Shown piece by piece: positions 1 through 12,249 of a stretch of 64,000 nucleotides of DNA. The position numbers and the translations under genes are program-made. Under the pieces are notes generated by a model that was not told where the DNA came from, did no database searches, and was given only the letters and a program-made list of their open reading frames with translations. Numbering within the stretch: the first letter of the stretch is position 1; each line of letters starts with the position of its first letter. The DNA is from Marsupella aquatica (taxonomy: Eukaryota > Plantae > Marchantiophyta), in the NCBI GenBank assembly GCA_973895155.1, contig OZ316892.1, positions 5,550,476 through 5,614,475 on the forward strand, given 5' to 3'.

Positions 1-530
1 GACGGGGATGATGATGAAATCGAAGCATTACAGTATCTTCTTCCCCAGTTTGCTCCGTCCGGCCAGCTAGAGCTTCAGAGGAATAACATATACTTTGCTA
101 ACTTTGCTGGGATGGTTTCCGAGGCTAAGAACGGTTCATTCAGCTAGAATGGACGCAGAGATCTCAGTCAGTAGATCCGTTAATATTGAACCGAGTCCAC
201 CATAGACATACAGTGAGAGTGATTGCTGATTGAAATAATCTCAAGTCCTTGTAGAGCGAGAGAGCATTCTGTGAAATTTTGTATCGGAGGGAATCTACTC
301 CGGATGCAGTATATATGGACCGAGTTTGGAGGGGAGACGCAGTTGAAGGAATGTTTCTCCCTCGATCTAGAAACAATATTAATACCAAGAGTTCCAGAAC
401 GATGTAGGATTTAGCTCTGCATGCAGCTTTTCGGTAACTTAGCTCATTCAAGCACATGGGCTCCCTGGTTTCGGAGTCCGGAGTTCAAGTTCGGACTTCA
501 TAGTTATATCGGCTCCCTGGTTTCGGAGTT
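1..530 (+). repeat. Diverged copy of the IPT 3' flank (paralogous to ~5890-6660)
   Basis: Colinear shared blocks: ACTTTGCTG(G/A)GATGGTTTC (~101 vs ~5978), GGGAGACGCAGTTG..GGAATG...TCCCTCGATC.AGAAACAATATT (~332-380 vs ~6543-6590), CATGGGCTCCCTGG (~455 vs ~6640). Confidence 0.75.
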
Positions 531-1389
531 CTAGTAGCATAAAATTATAGTGAAGAATCGCATATTGAAAAACAACTTAACTCTTCCAATATAGTTTCTT
601 CATCTGGAAACTGTTTCGTGATGTTTAGGTTGGATCTAATTTATTTGTGACTGTTTCATCGTATTTGCTAAAATTGAGTGAATCAAATACAAGAGTAGAA
701 GTACAACTAATGCAAAGAAATTATATTTTACATAATGTTCAGAAAAAGTATCTACACACTCTGACTAATAAAGGATCCGACTCTTTTGTAAGCATCCTCT
801 TCAGTGTATTTGTTAAGGTTTTTAATTGGTTTTTTATATTTAGCCAGTGTGGCGATGTTTGTTTCTGTAAGGGAGGAGATTCTAAAAATATTCTCCTTCC
901 AACTCTACTCTTCTCCTTTAGCCAAATTCCACTTCCCCAAAAAACTTTAGCCACTTTTGGCTAATATTTGCTGCATTTTTTTTTACACCATTAGCCACTC
1001 TTCCACCAAATCATGGACCCCATTGTCCAGAATCTAACGGTTCTCCTTAAAACTATGGATATCATCACAATTTAATTCAGTAAAATCTGATAGAGAATAT
1101 TTTTAGAATCTCCTCCCTTAGAGAAATAAACATTTTTCAAAAAATTAAATCCCATACTAAGCCATATATTCCCATGTTTATGTGCAGTGGACCCTCTAAA
1201 ATTTTGCTAAAACAGATTTTTGTCCTTCCTCAGTTGGGCCCACAACATCTTTAAGGCTAGGACATCCTTTATGCAACTACTTATTTTCCACAACATCTAC
1301 TATGCAATGACATCATTCTTATGTGCAATTCATGGGTGCTAAACATGACTATATGGCCAGGATGATACATAACATACCCCAATAACTAC

Positions 1390-1750
1390 CTCATCAATGA
1401 AGTTTACATTTTTTTTCCTCGCCTTGACATATTTTCTCATTTTGACATATTTTTCTCTCCCCAACATCTTTTCATCACCTTGACATTTGTTTTTTTTGTC
1501 TCGAGGTCTTTTCCTCATCTCAACAGTCATCTTTTCTTGTCCCAAGATTGTTTTCTCTCCTTGACATCTCTTTCTCACATCACAAACATTTTTTCACATC
1601 ATTTGACATCTTTTCCCACCTCAACACGGGCCTCAACATTTTCTCACCTTGACATCTTTCTCACATCACAAACATTTTTTCACATTGACATCTTTTCCCA
1701 CCTCAACATTTTCTCACCTTGACATCTTCTGTGTAATGCATGGGCATGGG
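1390..1750. repeat. Degenerate tandem TTTTCTCACCTTGACAT-type array; member of a dispersed family
   Basis: Repeated ttttctcaccttgacat(c/a)ttt units; the same motif occurs in reverse orientation at ~52330-52790. Confidence 0.7.
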
Positions 1751-2888
1751 GCTCCTAAGTTTATGATATAACTGAGGTACAAAAGTGTTGTGCGCATAAA
1801 GTACAAATACTCATTTCCCTTAGGTAATGACACACATCAGTCAAAATCATGAGCTGAGGAAACAAAACCTCAAGGATAACTTAAAACACGATATGTCCAC
1901 CTTGACGTCATTTAGAATCATTGAATCCTTCATTTTGTTCTCTCAATGATGAGACCAGAGAGACTCTCTCTGGTAGTAGATATTCCTTGAGATTTGCTAG
2001 TTGGATGCAGACTATCAAAATCTAAAATCAGTGAAATAAGAGGTCTAGGATAACAAAGATTAAAAATTATAAGAGGGGTGCCAAAATTAATTTAGAACTT
2101 AAGTATACAATACAAATGATGCACTTAATGACAATAGGGGCCTGCAGTAGAAATGGTTACTTGTCAGTAAACTTTCAAGATTAACATGTGTTGTTCCATT
2201 TAGTTCGGGGAGGCCCTTCATAGGTTAGACCAAGCATTTGGCACCATGGTAGGTGCAACAGTTCATGAATATCCAAAAGTTGTTTCCAACCCTCGTGTAT
2301 ACCTTTCACAAGACATTTTTCTGATGTTCTGCCTCAACAGATAGGATGGACCATTAACGTCCTGTTTCCAAAATGTGATGAAATGTCCACATAAGAAACA
2401 CATGAGAAGTCCAAAAGCCTTCTTTGAAATTCCAGAACTAAGTTTCGAAAATTCAGGACTATAATTCCAAATACATGCTATGAAATTTCCAAGATGACCA
2501 GAGCATTCCAGCATTTTATAGTGAAACTATTAATCCATGTTGTCCACACCAACTAAGTGCATCATCCCTATCTGAATATCTTCACAAGGGCAGGCTCATC
2601 AAGTGGAATGGACTCGCCACAATCCATAGCTCCTCTGTGACAGGAGAAGTACAGGTGTTGACACTGACTGGTGGGAAGTTAAATCACTTTATTGTACCTC
2701 TTATCAAATTTGTCCTTAGAATGATTTCTGTCCCTCCCTATCTTCGAATTAATTGTTAAAAATATCTCTGAACAAAGGGTCATCCATGTCTGATGCTGCC
2801 CTAAAGCTGTACGAATTCTGGAGAGTCTACGGTAGCCCTCCAAGACCTTTTAGTAGAGTTTAGCTCACACCTGTGATCATAGCCATAT

Positions 2889-3214
2889 TTTATTTTGATT
2901 GAAAGGAAAGGAGTAAGAACGCTGAGTAGACTCTCCCCAGTTTAATAGTGACATACATTCTTTGCAAGGAACCCATTTCAGGGTGAGCTGTCCCCAGGGA
3001 GCCCCATGGATCAGACAGGGACCCGCACTAGGAGAGAGAGAAGATTAAATCAGGTCACAAAGTGAACAACTAGAGACGAACTCACATCCACTACCCACAA
3101 AACTAATCCCACCAGCACACTCATATACCCTCTACACCCCTATGTGTGGAGTGGAGATTGAACTTGGCACCTTTTAGTTCCAGGCTAATCCCCTAGTCAG
3201 TTAGCCAGTTGGTT
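2889..3214 (-). mobile_element. tRNA-derived SINE, ~326 bp
   Basis: Flanked by a 13-bp direct repeat ATCATAGCCATAT (2876-2888 and 3215-3227). The minus-strand 5' end has A-box-like TGGCTAACTGA and B-box-like AGTTCAATCTC at tRNA-like spacing, with an A-rich tail at the other end. Confidence 0.7.
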
Positions 3215-4728
3215 ATCATAGCCATATCTTAGTTTGGCTTGGTAAGTTGCAAAATAATAATCCTAAATGACACTCTCCTTTCCCTCTTTCTTCTTTGCGG
3301 ACTTGCTGCCAATGGCCTTCTAGTGTCCATTTGTGCAAAATAATACAGGAGAGCTGTTGCAAACCACCAATTGGATTTATGAAAACTGTAGCTAGGGGAG
3401 TATGGTGTGGAGGGGCATTTTCCTATTTGACCCCTATCAGTATATATAGCCGGGGCTCATCCTGAAACATGCTTAATATTTTGTCTTGTAGTGATATGTA
3501 AGTGGATAAAATATGAGATTAGAACTAGAATACATACAAGTGTGAGTGGGATAAATAATATAAATAGAGCACATGCAAAGAAAAGCATCTATTGACTGAC
3601 CAATGACAAGTACAGTAAAGTGCTATGACACAAAGGCAGTAGGATGTGTGAACTTATTTATTAAATGTGTTTTTATTAATGATACTCAATTCAATAAACC
3701 CATAAACTTAGTAAAGAAAGCCATGAGGGGAAATTAACCCACAATGTGTTCAGATTATTTATGTTCAGGTTATTTAGGATCATTTCTCTCTCTCTCACTA
3801 GAAGACTCTTTGTTCAAGTGGTAGATATTAAAATCATTTGTTAATCTAAGACATTAAAAAAATAAAAAATTGAGAGGGCTACCAAAATGGGTTCAAAATT
3901 CTCTGAGTTAACAAAAATTAAAGGGGTACATAAATTAATTAAAAATCTAGATGATGCAAAGGATGCCCCTTGATAAGGCACATTGAAATAAATATACATG
4001 ACACAAAAAGATAAATAACACAAACTTTGAAAGGTGTATTCACCATATATCAATAGCAACTCCAAACATTTCTATATATACTCCATTTTGGGTAATTTGT
4101 GTTTCTATTAAGTTACCTAAACCATTCCTACTACTTGACTACTCGACTCAATTAGGCCCATTGATTAGCGGACCCTCCCCTGGTTAATTTCTTCGTCGAG
4201 GAACGATGAGCATTTTGAGGATCGTCGAGAAGGAAGATAGTAGTGGGGGGGGGGGGGAGCGTCAGCTCACTAAAACTCGGAATTACCAACCTCAACAATT
4301 CCAGCTTTCGTGCCAGTCGACATTGCTGTGAGTGGTAGCAGAGAGAAAGCTCAAACTCTCACAAGAAACACAACGCGCGGATTGAAGGAGAAATTGGAGA
4401 GCTACCGGGCTGGACGCTTCGACATGCAGCTTTTAAGTAATTTGGAAAACGAAACGGTATTGTGATCGATATCCTCTCTCTCTCTCTTGCGTTCAGTGAA
4501 GATGGAGCTGGCTGAAAGTCCCTTGATGGAGTCTATGGCTGTCTGGAGAAATCTGAGGTTAATATTGCTTTAGACACCTTGGGCGTCAGGGTGATGCATT
4601 CCACTGGAAACGGAATCCGAACTATTTCCTAAGATTCTTGCCTCTCCCCTCTTGCGACACTGTTACTCCTGCATTTGTCTCTTCAGCAGCACGAGCAGCT
4701 CCAGTTCAGCTGAATTGGAGCTTCACTC

Positions 4729-5862
4729 ATGGCCGCCCGCAGGACTATCATTGCCATCGTCGGTCCTACCGGGACGGGCAAGACAGCGCTTGGCCTCGCA
4801 ATCGCTGCACACCTCGGCACCGAAGTCATCTCCGTCGACTCGCTGCAATGCTACGAGCACGCGAACATCATGACGGCTGCTCCCACAGCAGCCGAGACCG
4901 AGCAAGCAAAGCACCACATGGTAGGTTATTTGCAGCCAGACGAAGAGCCTGGAGACGAGTTTGTGCTGCGAGCGGTAACCGCGGCAGATGGGCTCCACGC
5001 GAAGGGCAAGATCCCCGTCCTGGTTGGCGGCAGCACGAGCCTGATGTTGCCGCTGCTGTTTGCTCCAGCTCGTTGTTCAAACAATGAGCACACTTTGAAA
5101 GGCTCGTCGAATGATGCAGCGGGAAAGAGCCCTGGACGGTTGCGGTGGCGAACGCTTCTAGTCGTTCTAAATGCCAAGACCCAGGAGTGCTTGGAAAAGA
5201 GATTGGACGCCCGGGTGGAGGACATGTTGGCAACGGGGTTGGTGAAAGAATTGCAGGACTTGTATTCGCTGCAAAAGAAGCTTTTGCCGGAGCAAAATGG
5301 GGCGAATCTGACGAAGGGTGTGTGGAAATGTATTGGGTATCAGGAGCTGTATCCCTTTTTGGTTGCGACAGACAACACTCTGAGAGTCGCTCCAAGCCCC
5401 GAGATTCCACCACTTGAAAACATTGAGAGTGGGAATGCTAATTATAAGCAAGTGGACGCGGTTGCGGATGGGGAGCGGTTGTTCAGGGAGGGAATTGAGC
5501 TGATGAAGGAGAACACATGGCGGTATGCAAAATGGCAGACCACGTGGGCGGAGACTGTGCTGGTGCCTGCGTTGAGGGCGGAGGAGATGCCAGTGCACCG
5601 GTTTGAGATCCCATCTGCGACCTGCGCGGAAGAGTCAGAAAGAGAGGGAGGATTCGAGAATAGGTGGATGGAGAGTGTAGAAGGTCCGGCCCTGAGGCTT
5701 TGTGAGACTTGGAGGGTGGCGGCGCAAGAAGATGATGCTGGTCCTGGTGCCGACGCGGCGGTGGGTGAGGTAATGAAGGAGAATAATATCCAGAAGTTTC
5801 AACAGTGCGGAGACTCAGATCGAGATGTTTCAACAATACGGGGTCTCAGATCGAGATGTTAG
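4729..5862 (+). CDS. IPT: Isopentenyltransferase (DMAPP transferase), adenylate-type architecture, fungal IPT-LOG-like; intronless, 377 aa
   Basis: P-loop GPTGTGKT, ISVDSLQCY, HHMVGYL, VLVGGSTSL, RLDARVEDMLATGL, KCIGYQE, T-x-RYAKWQ-x-TW. No tRNA-binding insertion after VGGS and no C-terminal Zn finger. Confidence 0.93.
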   Translation: MAARRTIIAIVGPTGTGKTALGLAIAAHLGTEVISVDSLQCYEHANIMTAAPTAAETEQAKHHMVGYLQPDEEPGDEFVLRAVTAADGLHAKGKIPVLVGGSTSLMLPLLFAPARCSNNEHTLKGSSNDAAGKSPGRLRWRTLLVVLNAKTQECLEKRLDARVEDMLATGLVKELQDLYSLQKKLLPEQNGANLTKGVWKCIGYQELYPFLVATDNTLRVAPSPEIPPLENIESGNANYKQVDAVADGERLFREGIELMKENTWRYAKWQTTWAETVLVPALRAEEMPVHRFEIPSATCAEESEREGGFENRWMESVEGPALRLCETWRVAAQEDDAGPGADAAVGEVMKENNIQKFQQCGDSDRDVSTIRGLRSRC

Positions 5863-7107
5863 TCGATCGATATTCAATAGATTCGACCGGGATGCGGGCC
5901 GGGATGGTGACGGAGTGCAAGCATATTACAGTGTCTAGCTGTCTTCTTCCTGGTCACTTTTCTGTGATATTTTGGTAACTTTGCTGAGATGGTTTCTGAC
6001 TTAATTATTAAACCACCGCTGTCACTCCGGCTGTCACTCGTCATGCTCTGGTGATATCCCGATCTCCATGATAAGTGACGTTTTATAATAAGATAAAGAA
6101 GCGGGGGAGAAGGGCTATATTATTGTCCTCCCACCCTTCGAGGACAGTGGCGCTTTATGAACGATTCATTCAAAATGGAAATAGTGGTTTCAGTGAGTCG
6201 ATCTGATCAGATCATACCGGGAGCACCCGTAGTTAGGGAGAGTGATTGCTGACGTGGGGATTCGTGTGAGTTGTGCATGTTCTTACCCGGGTTCCTATTG
6301 TAAACACGCAAACCCTGCGGTTCTTGATCTCGACCACCTAGAGCTAGAGTTCCGTTAAAATGCGTTTTCCACCTATTTCTACAAAATTGCCGTTCAGAGG
6401 ACTCCATCGATAACACGGTTGACATGTAGCCAAAGCATACTTCTACAAGTTAAAGGAGATCTGAAAATTCTTATCCAGCTAGAGTGTTCAGTGCACATTT
6501 GTATCGCAAGGAATTTATCCATACAGTATGGGAAGGCTTGAAGGGAGACGCAGTTGGCGGAATGCACTCCCTCGATCCAGAAACAATATTTTAGCTCTAC
6601 AGCTTATCGATTAGCTGAAGGCCTTTATGTCTGCGATTCCATGGGCTCCCTGGCGCCATAGTTGAACTCCTTAAGTTTTTGCATGAAAACTATTCAGGTT
6701 GTACACTAATTTGGTTTGAAAGTATATATGTCTAAACTTTGTCTAAGAATGTGCGGTCAATTTCGCGTGCCCTATATTGAAAACTTTCTTGCAAGCATAC
6801 ATGTCTTTTTAGTCCCCTAATCTTTGAACAAGCATATGGATTCGAAAAAATGGCCACGTACGCGATGATTTTTCATTTTCTCATTTAAACTGCAAGCCTA
6901 CAGATTCCTTACACAGATCTTCCTACACAGGTTCGAAATAGAAACGATTTATGTACTCTCAAGTACATCTGTACATAGTAATTAAACGCTTTCTAAATGT
7001 CAAAATTCTCAATTTCGTGAAATTGAGTTCAGTATTTTCTAGCAAACCTTTAGCCTTTGAAGAGTCCATACTATTCAAGAATTTCATCCTTCTTGACTGT
7101 TCTATTT

Positions 7108-10100
7108 CTACCCGGAGTAAACGTCAAGGGCCAAACGAGGTCTAGCAATCAGCGTAAGTGGTGTTTTGGGCCAAACGAAGCCCTTCACGAACTCAGTTGC
7201 GTCGATGTCGGCCGCAGTCTTACCATGAGGAGGACTCCAATCAAAGGCATGCAGTAGAGTCGTGAGATTCCTCTGAACCAACAGCTGCCCCATGTTTGCG
7301 CCTGGGCACTTCCTTCTCCCACTTCCAAAGGGGAACAAGGTGAAGATATTACCTTCTGCAGGATTCATCATCTTTGAGCTCAGAAACCTCTCCGGTTCAA
7401 ACTTCTCAGGGTTTTTCCAGTAGAGAGGGTCCCGATGGATGGCCTTCAAGTTCATCAGCACGGCAGTGTTTGCTGGGACGTAGAAGCCTTGTAAGGTGGT
7501 CTCTACCTCGGTGAAATGGGGCACCATCACAGGGGCGGGAGCGTGCAAGCGAAATGTTTCGTTAATGACTGCCTGGAGGTAGGGCAGGTTGGGGAAATCG
7601 GACTCCTCGACTCTCCTGTCTTTGCCCACTACGTCGTCGATCTCCTTTTGCAGCTTTGCAAGGGTGTCTGCGGACAGACCAGAAACAGTCAGGATACACA
7701 CTGGAGCTCTGAGGAGACCTTAATTCTATTCCATTGAACTACAAAAAAACCAAACGAATTCAGCAACTGATAATAATTCGCAGTGGATGTTGACTCCCCT
7801 GATTCGAACTTCAAGTTTAAATGAAAGACTAGATGATCAATCGACCGGAATGATTTCATTATCGAATCCACGCCCTCGGAATTAATGGGCACATTGCTTA
7901 AGGATCGATCGCATGTAACGCCTCGATCTCAGGTACCCATTCTGATTTTTCTGTGACGGTGAGCAGTTCTGGCAGTGCTTTCATTGTCTCGTTATCGTTC
8001 AGTTTTGTTCAAGATGAGAATACGGGAAATAGCCTTGAATCTTAAAAGGAAACTTTCAAATGTTTTCATTATGTCTCATTCTAGCTTTCTACCAATCGTG
8101 GGGTGTTATTATTATTAGACTACTTAAAATGCATCCAGAAGAAAAAGATGAACATCTCCGTGACTTACTTGGGTTCCTCAAGAGCTCTATGAGAGCCCAC
8201 TCTGTAGTGAGGGCATTGGTATCTGTTGCTCCCACAACCATGTCCAAAATGCAACCCATGAGTCCGTTTTCGGTAATTTTCCCTTGCTCATTAAAGGTCA
8301 GCAGAAGATCCACAAAATCTTGGTCGACGTGGTCCGTGCCTTTCCTCTTTATTTTGTGTTCCTGCAATTACAATTGAACCAACACGTTAGACTTCAATTG
8401 AACAAGATCTCCAGGACGGCAACCCAACATTTTTTGGGCCACAGGCTATTCTAATATTTCCTTTTTGGCCATAGTTGTCGGACACAACATATATATTGCG
8501 CCAATATAATGGACAGCTCTAAGACCTTAACATTCCGGTTTAAGTCTTCAATATCTGTTGTCTGTCAACTGAAACTGAAACGCTTTTCACATGCATGAGT
8601 TCGCATAAGCTTGAATGTTCTTCTTTCTCGCATGCCTGTAATTTACTGTACCTCGATAATCTCTCCAAATACTGTATAACAGAGTTGCTGGTAATCCTTG
8701 AACTCTTTCTGCAGTCCTTGAAAATCCGTCCATGCAAGCCATGGGAACAAGTCCCCTAAATTCAACTGCGAGAAGAGAGTAGTTGCGCCCCTGACGATTT
8801 GCTTGAATTGGTCGGTTTTGGAGGTAATCAAATCGGAGTACCGCTTCCCTACGACGATCGTGGAGATACTATTGAGTGCTGCTTCGATGACTGCAGCGCT
8901 GATTTCTATTGTGCCTCCAGAGTCGATCTTCCTTTGGATGTCTTTCACTAGAAGAGCCCCTGCAAGAATGCATGATCGAACAACTTAGACACTGAGACAT
9001 CCTGAGTAACGAAACAAGATCCATTAGCACGCCCAAACTGGGCGGGTTGCAACGCGTGTCCAGCCAAGCTCCCTTCCCTTCAAGAATCCTAATTAAACAG
9101 CTTGTGTGAGCCGCAACGCCACTCCTCAAAGTAATCATGGCTGGCGACAGAAATACTTCATGTGAAAGACTGGACATTGGGAGCGATGTTAGGCAGTTAG
9201 GCCTCATGCAACCAAACCTTAAGGAGCAATAGAGGAGACATGTACCGATGACCTCCACCACGTTTCCAATGCTAACTTGACGCTATGCCTTGTCCTTTTT
9301 GTGCCAGATACAGGTAGAAATTAACTAATCGAAGACGTAATGGAATTCCATTCTGAAAAATGTTACAATCAAAACACGATTTACGAAAAGTGATACATGT
9401 GTCAACGCGGTCGTCGGTTCCCGATGCGGTTTCTTATGCAAAGGCCAAAGATTTATGTCGATTAGGGAACATCACGTCTAAAGTAGTAAGAAATCAGTTT
9501 AAGCTATGAGGAACTTGGTTGAACAATTATGCGATGGAGTAGCCTGAATGACCATTCATTTCCAATACATTGAGAGCGACCCAATGAACCAAAACTTGGA
9601 GATTTTATGGAATCAGGTGACATTGAGCCCCTGATATGCGAGTTGCGTCAGTGACGTAAAAGAATCCAACAGTGCAATTACAGATAGACGTTCAGCAGTC
9701 CATACCTTCACGCCTCCTGAAGTCCTCATAATATGCAAGCTTAGATGCAGTGAAAAAATTTGAGATCAACAACTTCTTCAGGGTCCTAAAGCTCTCGTTG
9801 TAGCTTGAATACAGAAGATCTTCGCGGTCAAAACCGATGTACTGCGCAGCAGTTTTCATAAAACTCTTATTCGGTCTGTTTGCAAACAGAGCATCCTTGG
9901 TCTTCAGAACCTCCTCAGCTCCTTCCGCGGAACAAACAACGATCATACCGTGGGAACCCATGCGGAAGTAGAAGATCTTCCCAAACTCTTGGGCCATCTT
10001 CTCATACCATTGGCCTACATCTGCTACATCCACGGAGAAGAGAGCACCTACGATTGGCAAATTTCGGGGGCCTGGCGGTAGCTTGGGCCCCGAGGTGGAC

Positions 10101-10225
10101 CCTGACAAGAACTGCCAGAAGACCAGTGCAAGAACTCCCGCAGCCAAAATTATCGTCAACGTTCCATTTTCGAACGAAACATTTTTCGCCCAGTTGGCGA
10201 TTTGTGCAGTGGATCCCATACTCAT
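7108..10225 (-). CDS. Cytochrome P450, CYP71 clan (A-type), 4 exons: 10225-9706, 8959-8652, 8361-8169, 7667-7108 (~526 aa)
   Basis: TM anchor plus PPGP hinge, I-helix GATDT, ETFR, PERF and heme motif PFGSGRRKCPG. GT-AG junctions join in frame (1581 nt). Confidence 0.93.
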
Positions 10226-12249
10226 TGCGAAAATTGTACTGGAGCAATCTGATTGAAACTTGTTGACCACCTGATTCAAATTGATTTGCCGCAGTCTATG
10301 GTCGAACCCCAGAACATGGACATGAACGGATCCACTGTAATTGCAGATTGCAAGTCCATGAAGTTTACAGGGGCTGTACACAATCATAACAGGTCAAAAG
10401 AAAACTCCGAAAGAGGTGAAGCAGTCTGGTTTCCTTATATGACGAAATTTTCCAGGTCGGAATCTTTAGATTGCTTGTATGTCATCGAATTGTCCAGTAC
10501 GGCAGTTCAGCCGCGGGCGCTTCTCCGAGCGCCAGTCAAGGAAGGCCATTGATCGTAATATTTTTGTGTATACAACGGTCAACAGTGAATGCAAAAACAG
10601 ATACCAAACTTACATACAACGTCAGCAACTTCGTAATGAACCCAGATAATTTTGGTCAAAGGAATTCTTGTCCGATTCGTAGAATAGAAGCAAGAGCTCT
10701 GCTTCAGTCTAGGAACAGGATAGGGCGGCATCTTCGCAACATGCAACCCATTCTAGGCTTTGGAAGTAAGGAAATTTGTCATGACCTCGAATTTATTGAC
10801 ATGAACTTGAGGTCCTTTAAGATTCCTTCTTGGTTGGCGGTGCACCACGATTGTCATCCCCTAATTCTCCGGAAAGCAGAGGGCATACGGACAAAACCGT
10901 TCAGTAGCTGTATTGCGGGCGGGAGGTGTTTGCGCAGCATGGGATGGAGCTGGCTGATGAGAGGGAGGCCGAGGATAGCCTCCCTCACATTGTCTTAGGA
11001 AAATGATGTTTTGGCTCAAAAGAGAACAAAACTTCCAGAAAATCTTAGCCCCTTCCGAAGGTCACGGCCAGAATAAAAACAGAAGTCGACTATTGCAGCT
11101 GAGTTGTGAAATCACCAATCTGGTCACCAAGTGAAAATTCACAATTGTGCTTCGAAGTCTTCGACCCATTTCAAAGGGTAACAATGGAGAGCCGTTGACT
11201 GAGTGTGGATCGATCTTGCATGATCTTGCCTCGTCTCTTCTCTAGTGATAAACTCTTGCAGGTAGGATCCTGTGAATGGTAATAACTACAGTCGAAGGAT
11301 TAAATACCTGCCTGAAGCCTACTTTAAGTGACAGCCACACCGTCTAGACACTGAGGTTTGCGCACAGGGATCAAATCAGGAAAATCTTGATACTAACATT
11401 TCAACGTCTAAATTCCAGTAATCCAAATTGGCGACTCATGAATCCTACCTGATCGTTTAACTAAACGAGCTGGGGGTGCAAGCCGAAAATGGGGGTTGGG
11501 AAAGATGGGTCTTTGAAAACGAGTCAATGGGCTTGAATATACTAAACTCTATTAATATACCTCTTTACGCACTGAGGTAGATTTACAGCTAGGTACGCTA
11601 GTCTTACAATTTGAAGTCCATGAGGCGCAGAGTAATTTGCTGTAATCTGAGAAGTTACTTAAAAGGTTCATCTGCAACTAAGCAATCAATTGGAGCCATG
11701 CCATTTTGCTGTGACATCGTTTGTTGATTACCATTGTGGTCACCCATCCCCAAGAGGGAGTAATGGGCTGTAAACTCTGAGTGTGGTTAGTGCGAGCCCA
11801 TTACCCCCGAGCTAGGATGAGCTACCCAGTGCAAGCCCCAAGTGAACTTTTCAAACATTCAAATTTGGGATCTCAAGGCCAAGGTGGGTTCTCTGGTTAT
11901 GCCCCCCAACTTTAACCACGTAACGAAGAAAAATTCTCTTAGGGTAGTGGTTTTGGTTGCCATTGGAGTTCACTTGCTTCTCCTTTCTTCCCATGACTTG
12001 CTCTTGCTTCTTCTGTTCGTTTGCCACGCCTAACATAACACTGTGGTGAGGCATGGGAGAGTGTGATGGAATTACTCCAGCTCTGCCAATTGTATCGTAA
12101 TGCCGATAGGAAGATGAAATGAAGAGCGGTACTGTACTGTAGGTCTGGTCACGACGTGAGAGACCTTGAAACGAAAAGACCATAAGCGCAGGGAAGATCC
12201 CTCCCCACTTCCCCCAGGTACTTAACATCGCGAGTGACACTGTTGAAGT

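Noticed and set aside
840-1120. Shared motifs with ~17840-18330, ~53880-54040 and ~57280-57720 (e.g. CCAGAATCTAA.GGT, CCACCAAATCATGGACC)
   Set aside because: Probably an old dispersed repeat family, but boundaries and class could not be defined by eye.
4729-5862. Annotation as an ordinary tRNA dimethylallyltransferase (MiaA/IPT2/IPT9)
   Set aside because: The tRNA-binding insertion domain and Zn finger are absent, and the motifs fit the fungal IPT-LOG type better.
7108-10225. Calling the P450 CYP735A
   Set aside because: The A-type heme motif PFGxGRRxCPG indicates CYP71 clan, whereas CYP735A is CYP72 clan.
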